NCBI GenBank assembly: GCA_963752645.1 | Contig: CAVVZN010000014.1 | Span: forward strand, 502,955 to 566,954 | Direction of reading: 5' to 3' | Length of the DNA: 64,000 nucleotides | From: an uncultured Actinomycetota bacterium | GTDB lineage: Bacteria > Actinomycetota > Actinomycetes > Frankiales > Frankiaceae | Shown here: positions 38,073 to 46,698 of the stretch, piece after piece | Layout: each line of letters begins with the position of its first letter | How positions within the stretch are numbered: position 1 is the first letter of the stretch | Notes under the pieces: generated by a model | What the model saw: only the letters and a program-made list of their open reading frames with translations | Database searches by the model: none | What the model was told of the DNA's origin: nothing | Position numbers and translations under genes: made by a program

Positions 38073-39365
38073 ATGAACCGGAACCAGCTCGCCGGGGGCG
38101 CCTACCTCGCCGGCGGCGCGCTCGCCGCGTTGAACGCCGTGAACGGCTACCGACCCCTCGCCTGGCGCGGGCAGGGATCGGTCGTCGCCTTCGCCGCGGG
38201 TCTCGGCGCGACGGAGATCCCGCTGGTCGGGGTCGGGCTGTCGGTCGCCGAGACGATGGCAGCCGTTGCCGGCGGCGCTCACCGCACCACGACGGGACGC
38301 CTCGGTCTGGCCCTCAGCACCGCGGCTGCCGCCGGGCTCATCGGGCTGCAGGTACGGTCGCGTCCAGCCGCGTCGATCGTCGACGCCGCACTCCGCGAGG
38401 CTCTCGGGCCGGACTTCCCCGACGCCGTCGAGCATCCTGCCTGGCCCGGCCCGGACGCCGAGCTCGGCCCGCAGCTGGGGGCGCTCCGGATGCTCCGCGC
38501 CCACACCCGCTACGCCCACGACTCCGACATCAGCTACGGGCCGGCCGGCGCCCGCAACCACCTCGACGTCTGGCGCCGCCCCGACCTCCCCACCGACGGC
38601 AAGGCGCCGGTGCTGGTCCAGATCCACGGCGGCGCCTGGGTCACCGGCAGCAAGCTCGGACAGGCCTACCCCCTGCTGTCCCATCTCGTGGAGCGCGGCT
38701 GGGTCTGCGTCTCGCTGAACTACCGGTTGAGTCCGCGTGCGACCTGGCCGGACCAGATCCTCGACGTCAAGCGCGCCGTGGCATGGGTGAAGCAGAACAT
38801 CCACTCCTACGGCGGCGACCCCGACTTCGTCGCCATCACCGGCGGCTCCGCCGGAGGACACCTGACGGCACTGCACGCCCTGACCGCCCAGGACCGCATG
38901 TGGCAGCCCGGCTTCGAGGACGTCGACACCACCGTCGCCGCAGCTGTGCCCTACTACGGCGTCTACGACTGGACGAACCGCGACGGCCATGCCGATGACG
39001 ACGTCGTCGACGTGCTGCAGAAGCACGTCGTCAAGCAGCCTTTCGAGCAGGCCCGTGCGGTCTACGACGAGGCCTCGCCGATGAGCCACGTGCGCGCCGA
39101 CGCACCGCCGTTCTTCTGCCTCGCCGGCACCAACGACACGCTCGTCCCGGTCGGCCAGGCCCGGTCGTTCGTGCGCCGGCTCCGGGCCGTGTCCGGCGCG
39201 CCGGTCGTGTATGCCGAGTTCCCCGGCGCACAGCACGCGTTCGACGTCTTCAGCTCGAACCGGGCGAACGCCAGCGCGGCCGCGGTCGAGCAGTTCCTCG
39301 GCGTCGTCTACGGCGAACACCAGCGCGGTCGACGGCTGGGCGCCCGCGACCCGATCTCCGCCTGA
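38073..39365 (+). CDS. alpha/beta hydrolase (esterase/lipase, HGG-motif carboxylesterase family)
   Basis: VLVQIHGGAW, GGSAGGHL (GxSxG) and an N-terminal hydrophobic region. Confidence 0.75.
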   Translation: MNRNQLAGGAYLAGGALAALNAVNGYRPLAWRGQGSVVAFAAGLGATEIPLVGVGLSVAETMAAVAGGAHRTTTGRLGLALSTAAAAGLIGLQVRSRPAASIVDAALREALGPDFPDAVEHPAWPGPDAELGPQLGALRMLRAHTRYAHDSDISYGPAGARNHLDVWRRPDLPTDGKAPVLVQIHGGAWVTGSKLGQAYPLLSHLVERGWVCVSLNYRLSPRATWPDQILDVKRAVAWVKQNIHSYGGDPDFVAITGGSAGGHLTALHALTAQDRMWQPGFEDVDTTVAAAVPYYGVYDWTNRDGHADDDVVDVLQKHVVKQPFEQARAVYDEASPMSHVRADAPPFFCLAGTNDTLVPVGQARSFVRRLRAVSGAPVVYAEFPGAQHAFDVFSSNRANASAAAVEQFLGVVYGEHQRGRRLGARDPISA

Positions 39366-39451
39366 TCGACGATTCGGGCCTCATGCGCCCGGAACGTGTG
39401 CCAGGGTGCTGGACGGCAGAATGACCTGCCGACCTGGGACCGGAGGGTCGC

Positions 39452-39664
39452 GTGGACCTGCCGAGCACCGTCCTCGCGGAGATCGCGCGCGCTCGACGGG
39501 AGGCGGGTCTCGTCGGGGTGACCGAGGTGCAGGCGGCCTGGCTCCTGCGCGACCTCGCCGAGATCCGCGCGCTCCCCGAGGCCGAGAGCGCTGCCGTCGT
39601 GCCGTCGCCGCGTCGGCCGCTGACGAGGATTCGGATCCGCGTGCTGTGGTGGACCTCCCGCTGA
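39452..39664 (+). CDS. small hypothetical protein (70 aa)
   Basis: GTG start preceded by GGAGGG at a 4-nt spacer. Good GC3 bias. VDLPSTVLAEIARARREAGLVGVTEVQAAWLLRDLAEIRALPEAE... Confidence 0.35.
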   Translation: MDLPSTVLAEIARARREAGLVGVTEVQAAWLLRDLAEIRALPEAESAAVVPSPRRPLTRIRIRVLWWTSR

Positions 39665-39710
39665 CGGGGTAGACAAGCTCTCAACAATCATTTGTCGAGA
39701 GGAGCTATCC

Positions 39711-40283
39711 ATGAGCGTCGGACGTCTCGTCGAGCGCGGTCTGATCGGTGGCCTGTTCATCGGCCACGGCACACAGAAGCTGTTCGGCTGGTTCGGAGGG
39801 CCGGGCCGCGAAGGCACCGAGGGCATGATGAACGCCCTGCAGATGCACCCGGCCAAGGCGAATGCGCTGGCCGCCGGCTTGACGGAGACCGCAGGCGGCG
39901 CCGCCGTCGTACTGGGTCTGGGGACGCCACTCGCCGCCGCCAGCCTCACCGGTGTCATGACGACCGCGATCCGCAAGGTGCACCTCGCCAACGGGCCGTG
40001 GGCCTCCAACGGCGGGTGGGAGTACAACGCCGTGCTCATCGCCGCGGTGGCTGCACTCGCGGAGACCGGCCCCGGCGACCTCTCGCTCGACCACGCCCTC
40101 GGCCTCGACGACCTGCGCGGCCCCGCCTGGGCGCTCGGCGCGGTCGCCTTCGGCGTCGCCACCGCGTTCCTGACGATGGAGCTCGGGCGCCGCAATGCAC
40201 CGGCGCCGGCTCCCTCGTCCGGCGACGCGGGCACGGCCCTCGAGCAGGACCGCGCCGGCGATCCCGCGACCGCGGGCAGCTGA
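39711..40283 (+). CDS. DoxX family membrane protein
   Basis: LIGGLFIGHGTQKLFGWFGG (DoxX signature). SD aggag. Confidence 0.7.
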   Translation: MSVGRLVERGLIGGLFIGHGTQKLFGWFGGPGREGTEGMMNALQMHPAKANALAAGLTETAGGAAVVLGLGTPLAAASLTGVMTTAIRKVHLANGPWASNGGWEYNAVLIAAVAALAETGPGDLSLDHALGLDDLRGPAWALGAVAFGVATAFLTMELGRRNAPAPAPSSGDAGTALEQDRAGDPATAGS

Positions 40284-40400
40284 GCGCCACCCGTCGACAC
40301 ATCGACTCAGGCGGTCACCGGCAGCCGCCGTGCAGGTTCCCGGTCCGGCACGGCGAATTCGACGGCGTAGAACAGCACGAGTGCGCCGGGGCGAGGGTCC

Positions 40401-41768
40401 TCAGCTCGTCGCGTAGATCAGCAGGGCGACCAGCAACGCGACGCCGAGCACCAGGCCGGCGACGATCAGCCCGAGGATGACCAACGGCTTACGGAACGGG
40501 TGGCTGTACGCCGGCCGCACGGGCTCGGGATGCTGCTGCCTCGATGTCTTCGGGCGGCGCGCAGCCGGCCCGGGCGCGGCCGCGCCGCGCGACGCGCTCG
40601 AGGCCCGGTAGGCGCGCGAGAACTCGCTCGCGGTCTCCCGGACCCCGGTCGCTGCGGCGCGACGTCGGGAACCGTGGCTGCCATCGGAACCCGATTCGTG
40701 CCAGGCGGACAGGCCGGCGACCGCCGCCTTCGCGGCGCCCTTGGCGAACGAACGGCCTGCCAGCCCCGCCAACCGCGCGATCTCGTCGCGGTCGATCCGG
40801 TGGACCCGGTCCGGACCCGTGTCGGTCACGGCACGGTCTGCGTCGGAAGCCGGCTGCGGCGGAGGTGTTGGAGCGGCAGGTGCTGGCGGCGGCATGAACG
40901 GCACCTGCGGCTGAACCGGCCCGGTCTGCGCGACGGCGGCCTGCAGCGCCTCCCGTGCCTGCCAGCCCGACATCCGCTCCTGGGGCTCCTTCGCCAGCAG
41001 GCCGAGCAGGACGGGCGTCAGCGTTCCGGCGCGCTGCGGCGGCGTCGGTGGCTCCACCGTCACCGCCAGCAACGTCGCCATCGGCTCGCCGCGGTCGAAC
41101 GGACCCTTGCCCTCGACGGCCGCGTAGAGGGTGGCACCCAGTGACCAGAGGTCGGCGAAGGGACCTGCCTGTTCTCCGCGCGCCCGCTCCGGAGCCATGA
41201 AGGACGGCGACCCGAGCAGCACGCCCTGGTCGGAGAGGGTCTCGTCCCCCACGGAGGTCGCGATGCCGAAGTCGGTGAGCCAGGCCCGGCCGCTGCCGTC
41301 GAGCAGCACGTTGCCCGGCTTCACGTCGCGGTGGACGACGTCGACGGTGTGGGCCGCCTCCAGGGCGTCGAGCAGGTCCAGGCCGATGCGTGCGACGTCG
41401 GCGGGCGGCAACGGGCCGTGTTCGCTGACCAGCTGGCCGAGGGTGCGCGACTCGACGTACTCCATGACGATCCACGGGCGGCCCGCCTCTTCGACGACGT
41501 CGTGCACCGTCGTCGTCCGCGGGGAGCTGAGCCGGGCGGCCGACCGCGCCTCGCGCATCGTCCGCTGCTCGAGGAGCTGACGCTCCGCTTCGCTGACGGC
41601 CTCGGGGTAGGAGACCTCCTTGATGGCCACCGGTCGGTCGAGCTTGCTGTCGTGGGCGAGCCACACCGTTCCCATCCCGCCACGGCCAACAGGCCGTTCG
41701 AGAACGTAACGGCCGGCGACGGTCCGCTGCTCGGCGGCGGACTGCGGTCGTTCCGGATGTGCGCTCAC
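40401..41768 (-). CDS. serine/threonine protein kinase with a C-terminal TM anchor
   Basis: GRGGMGTVW...AIK, HRDVKPGNVLL, DFGIA and APE. C-terminal TM LVILGLIVAGLVLGVALLVALLIY. Confidence 0.8.
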   Translation of the reverse strand: MSAHPERPQSAAEQRTVAGRYVLERPVGRGGMGTVWLAHDSKLDRPVAIKEVSYPEAVSEAERQLLEQRTMREARSAARLSSPRTTTVHDVVEEAGRPWIVMEYVESRTLGQLVSEHGPLPPADVARIGLDLLDALEAAHTVDVVHRDVKPGNVLLDGSGRAWLTDFGIATSVGDETLSDQGVLLGSPSFMAPERARGEQAGPFADLWSLGATLYAAVEGKGPFDRGEPMATLLAVTVEPPTPPQRAGTLTPVLLGLLAKEPQERMSGWQAREALQAAVAQTGPVQPQVPFMPPPAPAAPTPPPQPASDADRAVTDTGPDRVHRIDRDEIARLAGLAGRSFAKGAAKAAVAGLSAWHESGSDGSHGSRRRAAATGVRETASEFSRAYRASSASRGAAAPGPAARRPKTSRQQHPEPVRPAYSHPFRKPLVILGLIVAGLVLGVALLVALLIYATS

Positions 41769-41826
41769 GACCGGTCTCTACCCCGATCGCTCCGGAAGGT
41801 GCCGTGCCCGTGCTCTCAGCGGGGCT

Positions 41827-42270
41827 TCACCGATGACCCAGCAGCTGCATCGCAACGGCGGCCACCCCGGCGACGGTCCACGCCAGCGTCCGCAGGGCGT
41901 GGGTTCGTTCGAGACGACGGTGCAGGGCGTGATCGAAGCCGTCGCCGAGCCTCGTGTGCAGGGGTACCGCCCCCAGCGCCGTGACCAGCACCGTCATCGC
42001 GCCGGCGGCAGCGGCCAGCAGGATCCACCCGAAGGGCACGCCAGCCGGTCGCTCGAGCAGCAGCCCGGCGACGGTCAGGCCCTCCACCGCCCACGCCGGA
42101 GCGACGGCCAGGGTGATCCGCCGCGAATGGGCGGCATGGAAGGCGGTCCAGGCACCACCGGCAGCGGCCTGGACGAAGCCCGGATAGACGACCAGGGCGA
42201 CCGTCCAGGACAACCCGACGAGGAACAGCACCGCGACGAGGTGCGCGGTGAGCAACAGCTCGGGGAACAC
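41827..42270 (-). CDS. small hypothetical membrane protein (4 TM, 147 aa)
   Basis: GTG start with an AGGAG SD at 6 nt spacing. Divergent from the AKR gene at 42325. Hydrophobic segments LLLTAHLVAVLFLVGL and ILLAAAAGAMTVLVTALG. Confidence 0.5.
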   Translation of the reverse strand: MFPELLLTAHLVAVLFLVGLSWTVALVVYPGFVQAAAGGAWTAFHAAHSRRITLAVAPAWAVEGLTVAGLLLERPAGVPFGWILLAAAAGAMTVLVTALGAVPLHTRLGDGFDHALHRRLERTHALRTLAWTVAGVAAVAMQLLGHR

Positions 42271-42324
42271 GCCGTGCTCCTGCCCGGGAGGTTTCCGGGC
42301 AGCCGTCGAACGCAGACTGAAAGC

Positions 42325-43293
42325 ATGAAGTTCCTCGACGTCCCCGGTCTCGCTCCCGTCAGCCGCATCGGGCTGGGTACCTGGCAGTTCGGCTCCCGCG
42401 AGTGGGGTTACGGCGACGAGTACGCCTCGGGCACCGCCCGGACCATCGTCCAGCGGGCCCTCGAACTCGGGGTGACGCTGTTCGACACCGCGGAGATCTA
42501 CGGCTTCGGCAAGAGCGAGCGCATCCTCGGTGAAGCCCTCGGCGACCAGCGCAGCAAGGTCGTCGTCGCCAGCAAGATCTTCCCGGTCGCGCCCATCCCG
42601 GCCGTCGTGAAGCAGCGGGAGCACGCGAGCGCGCAGCGGCTCAAGCTGACCTCGATCCCGCTCTACCAGGTCCACCAGCCCAACCCCGTGGTGCCCGACT
42701 CGGTGATCATGCCGGGGATGAAGACGCTGCTCGACAACGGGTCGATCGGTGCCGCCGGCGTCTCCAACTACTCGCTGGACCGCTGGCGCAAGGCCGACGC
42801 CGCGCTCGGCCGGCCCGTGGTCAGCAACCAGGTGCACTTCTCGCTCGCGCACATCGACCCGCTCGACGACCTCGTCCCGTTCGCGCAGCGCGAGAACCGC
42901 ATGGTGATGGCCTACAGCCCGCTGGCGCAGGGCCTGCTGTCCGGCAAGTACTCGACGGCCAACCGCCCCGGCGGGGTGCGCGGCGTGAACCCGCTGTTCA
43001 GCCCGGAGAACCTGCGCCGCGCCGAGCCGTTGCTGACGCTGCTGCGCGAAGTCGCGGCCGGGCACAAGGCAGAACCGGCGCAGGTCGCGCTGGCCTGGTT
43101 GCTGGCGCAGCCGCAGGTCGTCGCGATCCCCGGCGCGTCGAGCGTCGAACAGCTCGAGTTCAACGTCGCCGCCGCCGACCTCGACCTCGAGCCCGGGGCC
43201 GTCACCGCGCTGACGACAGCCGCCCGCGCCTTCGTGCCGGAGTCGGCCGCCCAGACCATCGTCGGGACGGTGCGCGGCCGGCTCGGCCTCTGA
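42325..43293 (+). CDS. aldo/keto reductase
   Basis: MKFLDVPGLAPVSRIGLGTWQFG...FDTAEIYGFGKSE. 322 aa. Confidence 0.8.
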   Translation: MKFLDVPGLAPVSRIGLGTWQFGSREWGYGDEYASGTARTIVQRALELGVTLFDTAEIYGFGKSERILGEALGDQRSKVVVASKIFPVAPIPAVVKQREHASAQRLKLTSIPLYQVHQPNPVVPDSVIMPGMKTLLDNGSIGAAGVSNYSLDRWRKADAALGRPVVSNQVHFSLAHIDPLDDLVPFAQRENRMVMAYSPLAQGLLSGKYSTANRPGGVRGVNPLFSPENLRRAEPLLTLLREVAAGHKAEPAQVALAWLLAQPQVVAIPGASSVEQLEFNVAAADLDLEPGAVTALTTAARAFVPESAAQTIVGTVRGRLGL

Positions 43294-43355
43294 TTTCCCC
43301 GGCAGCCCTGGTCGCCAGGCGATAACCTGCGTGCCCATCGAGCAGGTAGGTACCG

Positions 43356-43979
43356 ATGACAGGTAGCCCTTGGCCCACCATCCACGCGGAGCGTGACGCG
43401 CTCGCGGCCGACCTCGGCGACGTGCCGGACGATCGCTGGTCCACGCCGTCGCTCTGCTCGGGGTGGACCGTCCTCGAGACCCTGGGCCACATGACGGCGA
43501 CCGCCAAGATGACTCCCCCGCGGTTCCTCGGGAAGATGGCGGCGTCGGGCTTCCGGTTCTCGGCCATGGCGGAGAAGGCCCTCGCGCAGGAGAGCGCCGG
43601 CGGCCCCGCCCAGACGCTCGCCGAGTTCCGGCGCGTCGCGCCGGCGGAGACCTCGCCGCCGGGGCCGGTCGACAGCTGGCTCGGCGAGACGATCGTGCAC
43701 GCCGAGGACATCCGTCGTCCCCTCGGGATCACGCACACCTACCCCGCCGAGGCGCTGGTGCGGGTGGCGGATTTCTACAAGGGCTCGAACATGCTCATCG
43801 GGGCCAAGAAGCGCATCGCCGGAGTGACCCTGCGCGCGTCGGACGTCGACTGGTCAACCGGTGACGGGCCGGAGGTCACCGGGCCGATGCTCTCGCTGCT
43901 GCTCGTGATGACCGGCCGCGTCGCGGCGCTGGAGGACCTCTCCGGCCCCGGGGTCGCCATGCTCCGCGACCGGCTCTGA
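43356..43979 (+). CDS. maleylpyruvate isomerase family mycothiol-dependent enzyme (TIGR03083 / DinB_2-like)
   Basis: WSTPSLCSGWTVLETLGHMT is a typical MDMPI N-terminal domain. Confidence 0.65.
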   Translation: MTGSPWPTIHAERDALAADLGDVPDDRWSTPSLCSGWTVLETLGHMTATAKMTPPRFLGKMAASGFRFSAMAEKALAQESAGGPAQTLAEFRRVAPAETSPPGPVDSWLGETIVHAEDIRRPLGITHTYPAEALVRVADFYKGSNMLIGAKKRIAGVTLRASDVDWSTGDGPEVTGPMLSLLLVMTGRVAALEDLSGPGVAMLRDRL

Positions 43980-44738
43980 TCAGGTTCCCCCGCTCCGTGG
44001 GTGCTGCCCCAGCACGCCTGCCAGCACCGACGGGTAGTCGCTGACCAGCCCGTCGACCCCGAGATCGAGCAGACGCGTCATCTCGTCCGCCTCGTTGACC
44101 GTCCAGACGTGCACGTCCACGCCTCGACGGTGTGCGGCGTCGACGAAGCGCCGGTCCACGATGCGCAACCGTCCCTGCGCGACCGGGACCTGCGCCACCG
44201 CTCCCCGCACCAGTGCGGGACCGCCCGGTAGGTACGAGCCGGCTCGTAGTGCCGCGACCTCCCACGGCCCGAGAGACGTGCAGATCCGTCCGTGCGTCAG
44301 CCGCCGGAACCGGGTCAGCCGCGCCTGCGAGAACGAGCCGACGCACACGCGGTCACGGGCACCGGTCCGGTTCAGCACCTCGACGAGGGGGCCGATCGCC
44401 GCTGGGGCCTTGATGTCGATGTTGACGCGCACGTCCGGCCAGGTGCCGAGCAACTCTTCCAGAAGCGGCACCGGCTCGCCGCCGACCCGGGCCTTCGCGA
44501 CCTCGGCGTAGGGCAGTTCGGCGACCAGGCCGGGCCGGTCGGCGACCCTGTCGAGGCGGTCGTCGTGGAACGCCAGGAGAACTCCGTCCGCCGTCGCGTG
44601 CACGTCGGTCTCGAGGTAGCGGAACCCGCGGGCGATCGCGCCGGCGAACGCGCGCATGGTGTTCTCCGGCCCGTCTTCGAGCCCGCCACGATGAGCCAGT
44701 GCGATCGGACCGTCGGAATCGAGATACGCCCACCCCAT
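43980..44738 (-). CDS. glycerophosphodiester phosphodiesterase (GDPD) family protein
   Basis: IALAHRGGLEDGPENTMRAF...ETDVHATADGVLLAFHDDRLDR... Confidence 0.8.
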   Translation of the reverse strand: MGWAYLDSDGPIALAHRGGLEDGPENTMRAFAGAIARGFRYLETDVHATADGVLLAFHDDRLDRVADRPGLVAELPYAEVAKARVGGEPVPLLEELLGTWPDVRVNIDIKAPAAIGPLVEVLNRTGARDRVCVGSFSQARLTRFRRLTHGRICTSLGPWEVAALRAGSYLPGGPALVRGAVAQVPVAQGRLRIVDRRFVDAAHRRGVDVHVWTVNEADEMTRLLDLGVDGLVSDYPSVLAGVLGQHPRSGGT

Positions 44739-44792
44739 GGCTGGGCAGCTTAGGGACCACCGGACGACCGTCACCGCGAAACAGGAGCACCG

Positions 44793-45113
44793 ATGAGCGA
44801 CGCACCCCGCACCCTGGACGAGCAGCAGGTCGCCGAGGCGGTGCGGGACCTGCCGGGCTGGTCCGGTGACGTGCACCTGCTGCAGCGGACCCTGGCCCTC
44901 GACCCCGCGAAGGTCGACGGCGTGATGGACGAAGTCCACGACATCGAAGCCGGGATGAACCACCACGCCCAGATCGAGAGCGTGCTGAGCGACGACGCGG
45001 AGACGCTGCTGACGCTGAAGGTGTGGACCCACACCGTCGGCGGCGTGACCGAGCTCGACCTCGACCTGGCCCGCCGCATCAACGCCGTCCTCGACGGAGA
45101 GTCGAGCGGCTGA
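44793..45113 (+). CDS. 4a-hydroxytetrahydrobiopterin dehydratase (pterin-4a-carbinolamine dehydratase) family protein
   Basis: LPGWSGDVHLLQRTLALD...EAGMNHHAQIESVLSDDAETLLTLKVWTH. SD aggag. Confidence 0.7.
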   Translation: MSDAPRTLDEQQVAEAVRDLPGWSGDVHLLQRTLALDPAKVDGVMDEVHDIEAGMNHHAQIESVLSDDAETLLTLKVWTHTVGGVTELDLDLARRINAVLDGESSG

Positions 45114-45204
45114 CCACGGCGTCTTGATCCGCCGAACGGGTGAACTTGTCCCGGACACGCATCGATATCGAGCCCGGGCCGCGTCCGGCGGGTAGACCTG
45201 CGTC

Positions 45205-45708
45205 ATGCGTAACAGGCGGAACATTGTGACGATGACGGCGGCCGCGGCCGGAGTCGTCGCGTTCGCCGGCGGCTGCGGCTGGCCGGCGGTCCCCACCACC
45301 GTCAAGGCGATCACCGCGAAGTCGGCAGCCGGCACCGCGACGTGCGCGCCGACAGTGCTGACCCCAGAGGTACGCGACGACCAGGGCACGGCCGGCACCC
45401 AGCGCTTCACCGTGGTGCTCACCAACCGGGGGTCGGCGACGTGCTCCATCGTCGGCTATCCGGTCCTGGTGCTCCGGGACTCCGACGGCCGGGTCCTGCC
45501 GCCCGCCAACCCGACCGGGGTGTCGCAGCCCGTGCGGCTGCCCGCCGGTCGCTCGGCGACCGCGAGCATGACGGTCACCCCCGCAGCCTGCGACACGGTC
45601 CCGCTGGCCTCGAGCGCCGCGGTCAGCCCGCCCGGGAGCAGCCACGCGACGACCCTGCCGGTCAGCATCCCGGTCTGTCAGCCGACGATCAGCCCCGTCG
45701 TCGGCTGA
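45205..45708 (+). CDS. DUF4232-family lipoprotein (paralog of 32651..33274)
   Basis: Lipobox FAGGCG. ATCSIVGYPVLVLRD is the same motif as in the other copy. Confidence 0.6.
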   Translation: MRNRRNIVTMTAAAAGVVAFAGGCGWPAVPTTVKAITAKSAAGTATCAPTVLTPEVRDDQGTAGTQRFTVVLTNRGSATCSIVGYPVLVLRDSDGRVLPPANPTGVSQPVRLPAGRSATASMTVTPAACDTVPLASSAAVSPPGSSHATTLPVSIPVCQPTISPVVG

Positions 45709-45750
45709 CCCCGAGCGGTCCGCCGCGGTACGGCCTGTCAGGCTGACGCC

Positions 45751-46104
45751 ATGGAACGTGTGCTCGGCGTCGGAGGCATCTTCGTGCGGTCCGCGGACCC
45801 GACGGCGCTGAGCGCCTGGTACCGCGACTGCCTCGGCCTGCAGGCCGACGAGGAGGGGCTGTGGGAGCAGGCGCCAGGACCGACCGCGGTCGCCGCCTTC
45901 GACTCCGACACCGACTACTTCGGCTCCCGCACACAGCAGGTCATGCTCAACTTCCGCGTCCGCGACCTCGAGGCGATGCTCGCCCAGCTCCGGGAGCGGG
46001 GCGCCGACGTGGTCGACGAGACCCAGGACATGGAAGGGGTCGGCCGCTTCGGCTGGGTCACCGATCCCGAAGGGAACCGCATCGAGCTCTGGCAACCCGC
46101 CTGA
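45751..46104 (+). CDS. VOC family (glyoxalase/bleomycin-resistance fold) protein
   Basis: ...DPEGNRIELWQPA C-terminus; 117 aa. Confidence 0.7.
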   Translation: MERVLGVGGIFVRSADPTALSAWYRDCLGLQADEEGLWEQAPGPTAVAAFDSDTDYFGSRTQQVMLNFRVRDLEAMLAQLRERGADVVDETQDMEGVGRFGWVTDPEGNRIELWQPA

Positions 46105-46123
46105 GGCGTCCCGGTGTGGGCCG

Positions 46124-46645
46124 TCAGTCCCCGGTCACGCCGTCGATGCGCTCGCGTAGCAGATCGGCGTGGCCGTTGTGCCGGGCGTACTCCTCGATCA
46201 TGTGCAGGTACACCCAGCGCAGCGTGAGACGAGTCCCCGTTCGGGGGTGGACGAAGGAGTCGTCGAGCCCGTGCCGCGCGGCCGCGTCACGCGCCGCCTC
46301 GACCTCCGCGGCAAGGACGTCGAAGGCGGTGGCCGGATCAGCGTGGTCGACGTCGTGCAGGTCGGCGTCCGGGTCCTCGTCCACGACGAACAGATCCGGG
46401 ACGTCCTGGGCGTCCAGCCGCTGGCGGAACCACGTCCGCTCCACGTCGGCGAGGTGACGGACGAGCCCGAGCAGGGACAGCGTCGACGGCGGGACCGCCC
46501 GCTGGCGCAGTTGCAGGGCATCGAGGCCCGCGCACTTGCGCAGCAACGTGCGTCGATGGAAGTCGAGCCACGCCTCCAGCGACGTCCGCTCGTCGGCCGG
46601 CGGCGGGGCTTCCGGCCGGGTGGTCTGCGGCACGATCCAGCTCAT
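46124..46645 (-). CDS. DinB-family / DUF664 (mycothiol transferase-like) protein
   Basis: ...WVYLHMIEEYARHNGHADLLRERIDG is characteristic of DinB_2/DUF664. Confidence 0.65.
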   Translation of the reverse strand: MSWIVPQTTRPEAPPPADERTSLEAWLDFHRRTLLRKCAGLDALQLRQRAVPPSTLSLLGLVRHLADVERTWFRQRLDAQDVPDLFVVDEDPDADLHDVDHADPATAFDVLAAEVEAARDAAARHGLDDSFVHPRTGTRLTLRWVYLHMIEEYARHNGHADLLRERIDGVTGD

Positions 46646-46698
46646 CGGTCCAGCATGGAGGAATCGCTCCGGAGCGCATCAGGTTTGATGGAGTGCCG

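Noticed and set aside
39308-40300. 330-aa minus ORF antisense to doxX
   Set aside because: Low-complexity Ala/Arg/Pro. The plus-strand DoxX frame has an SD and the family signature.
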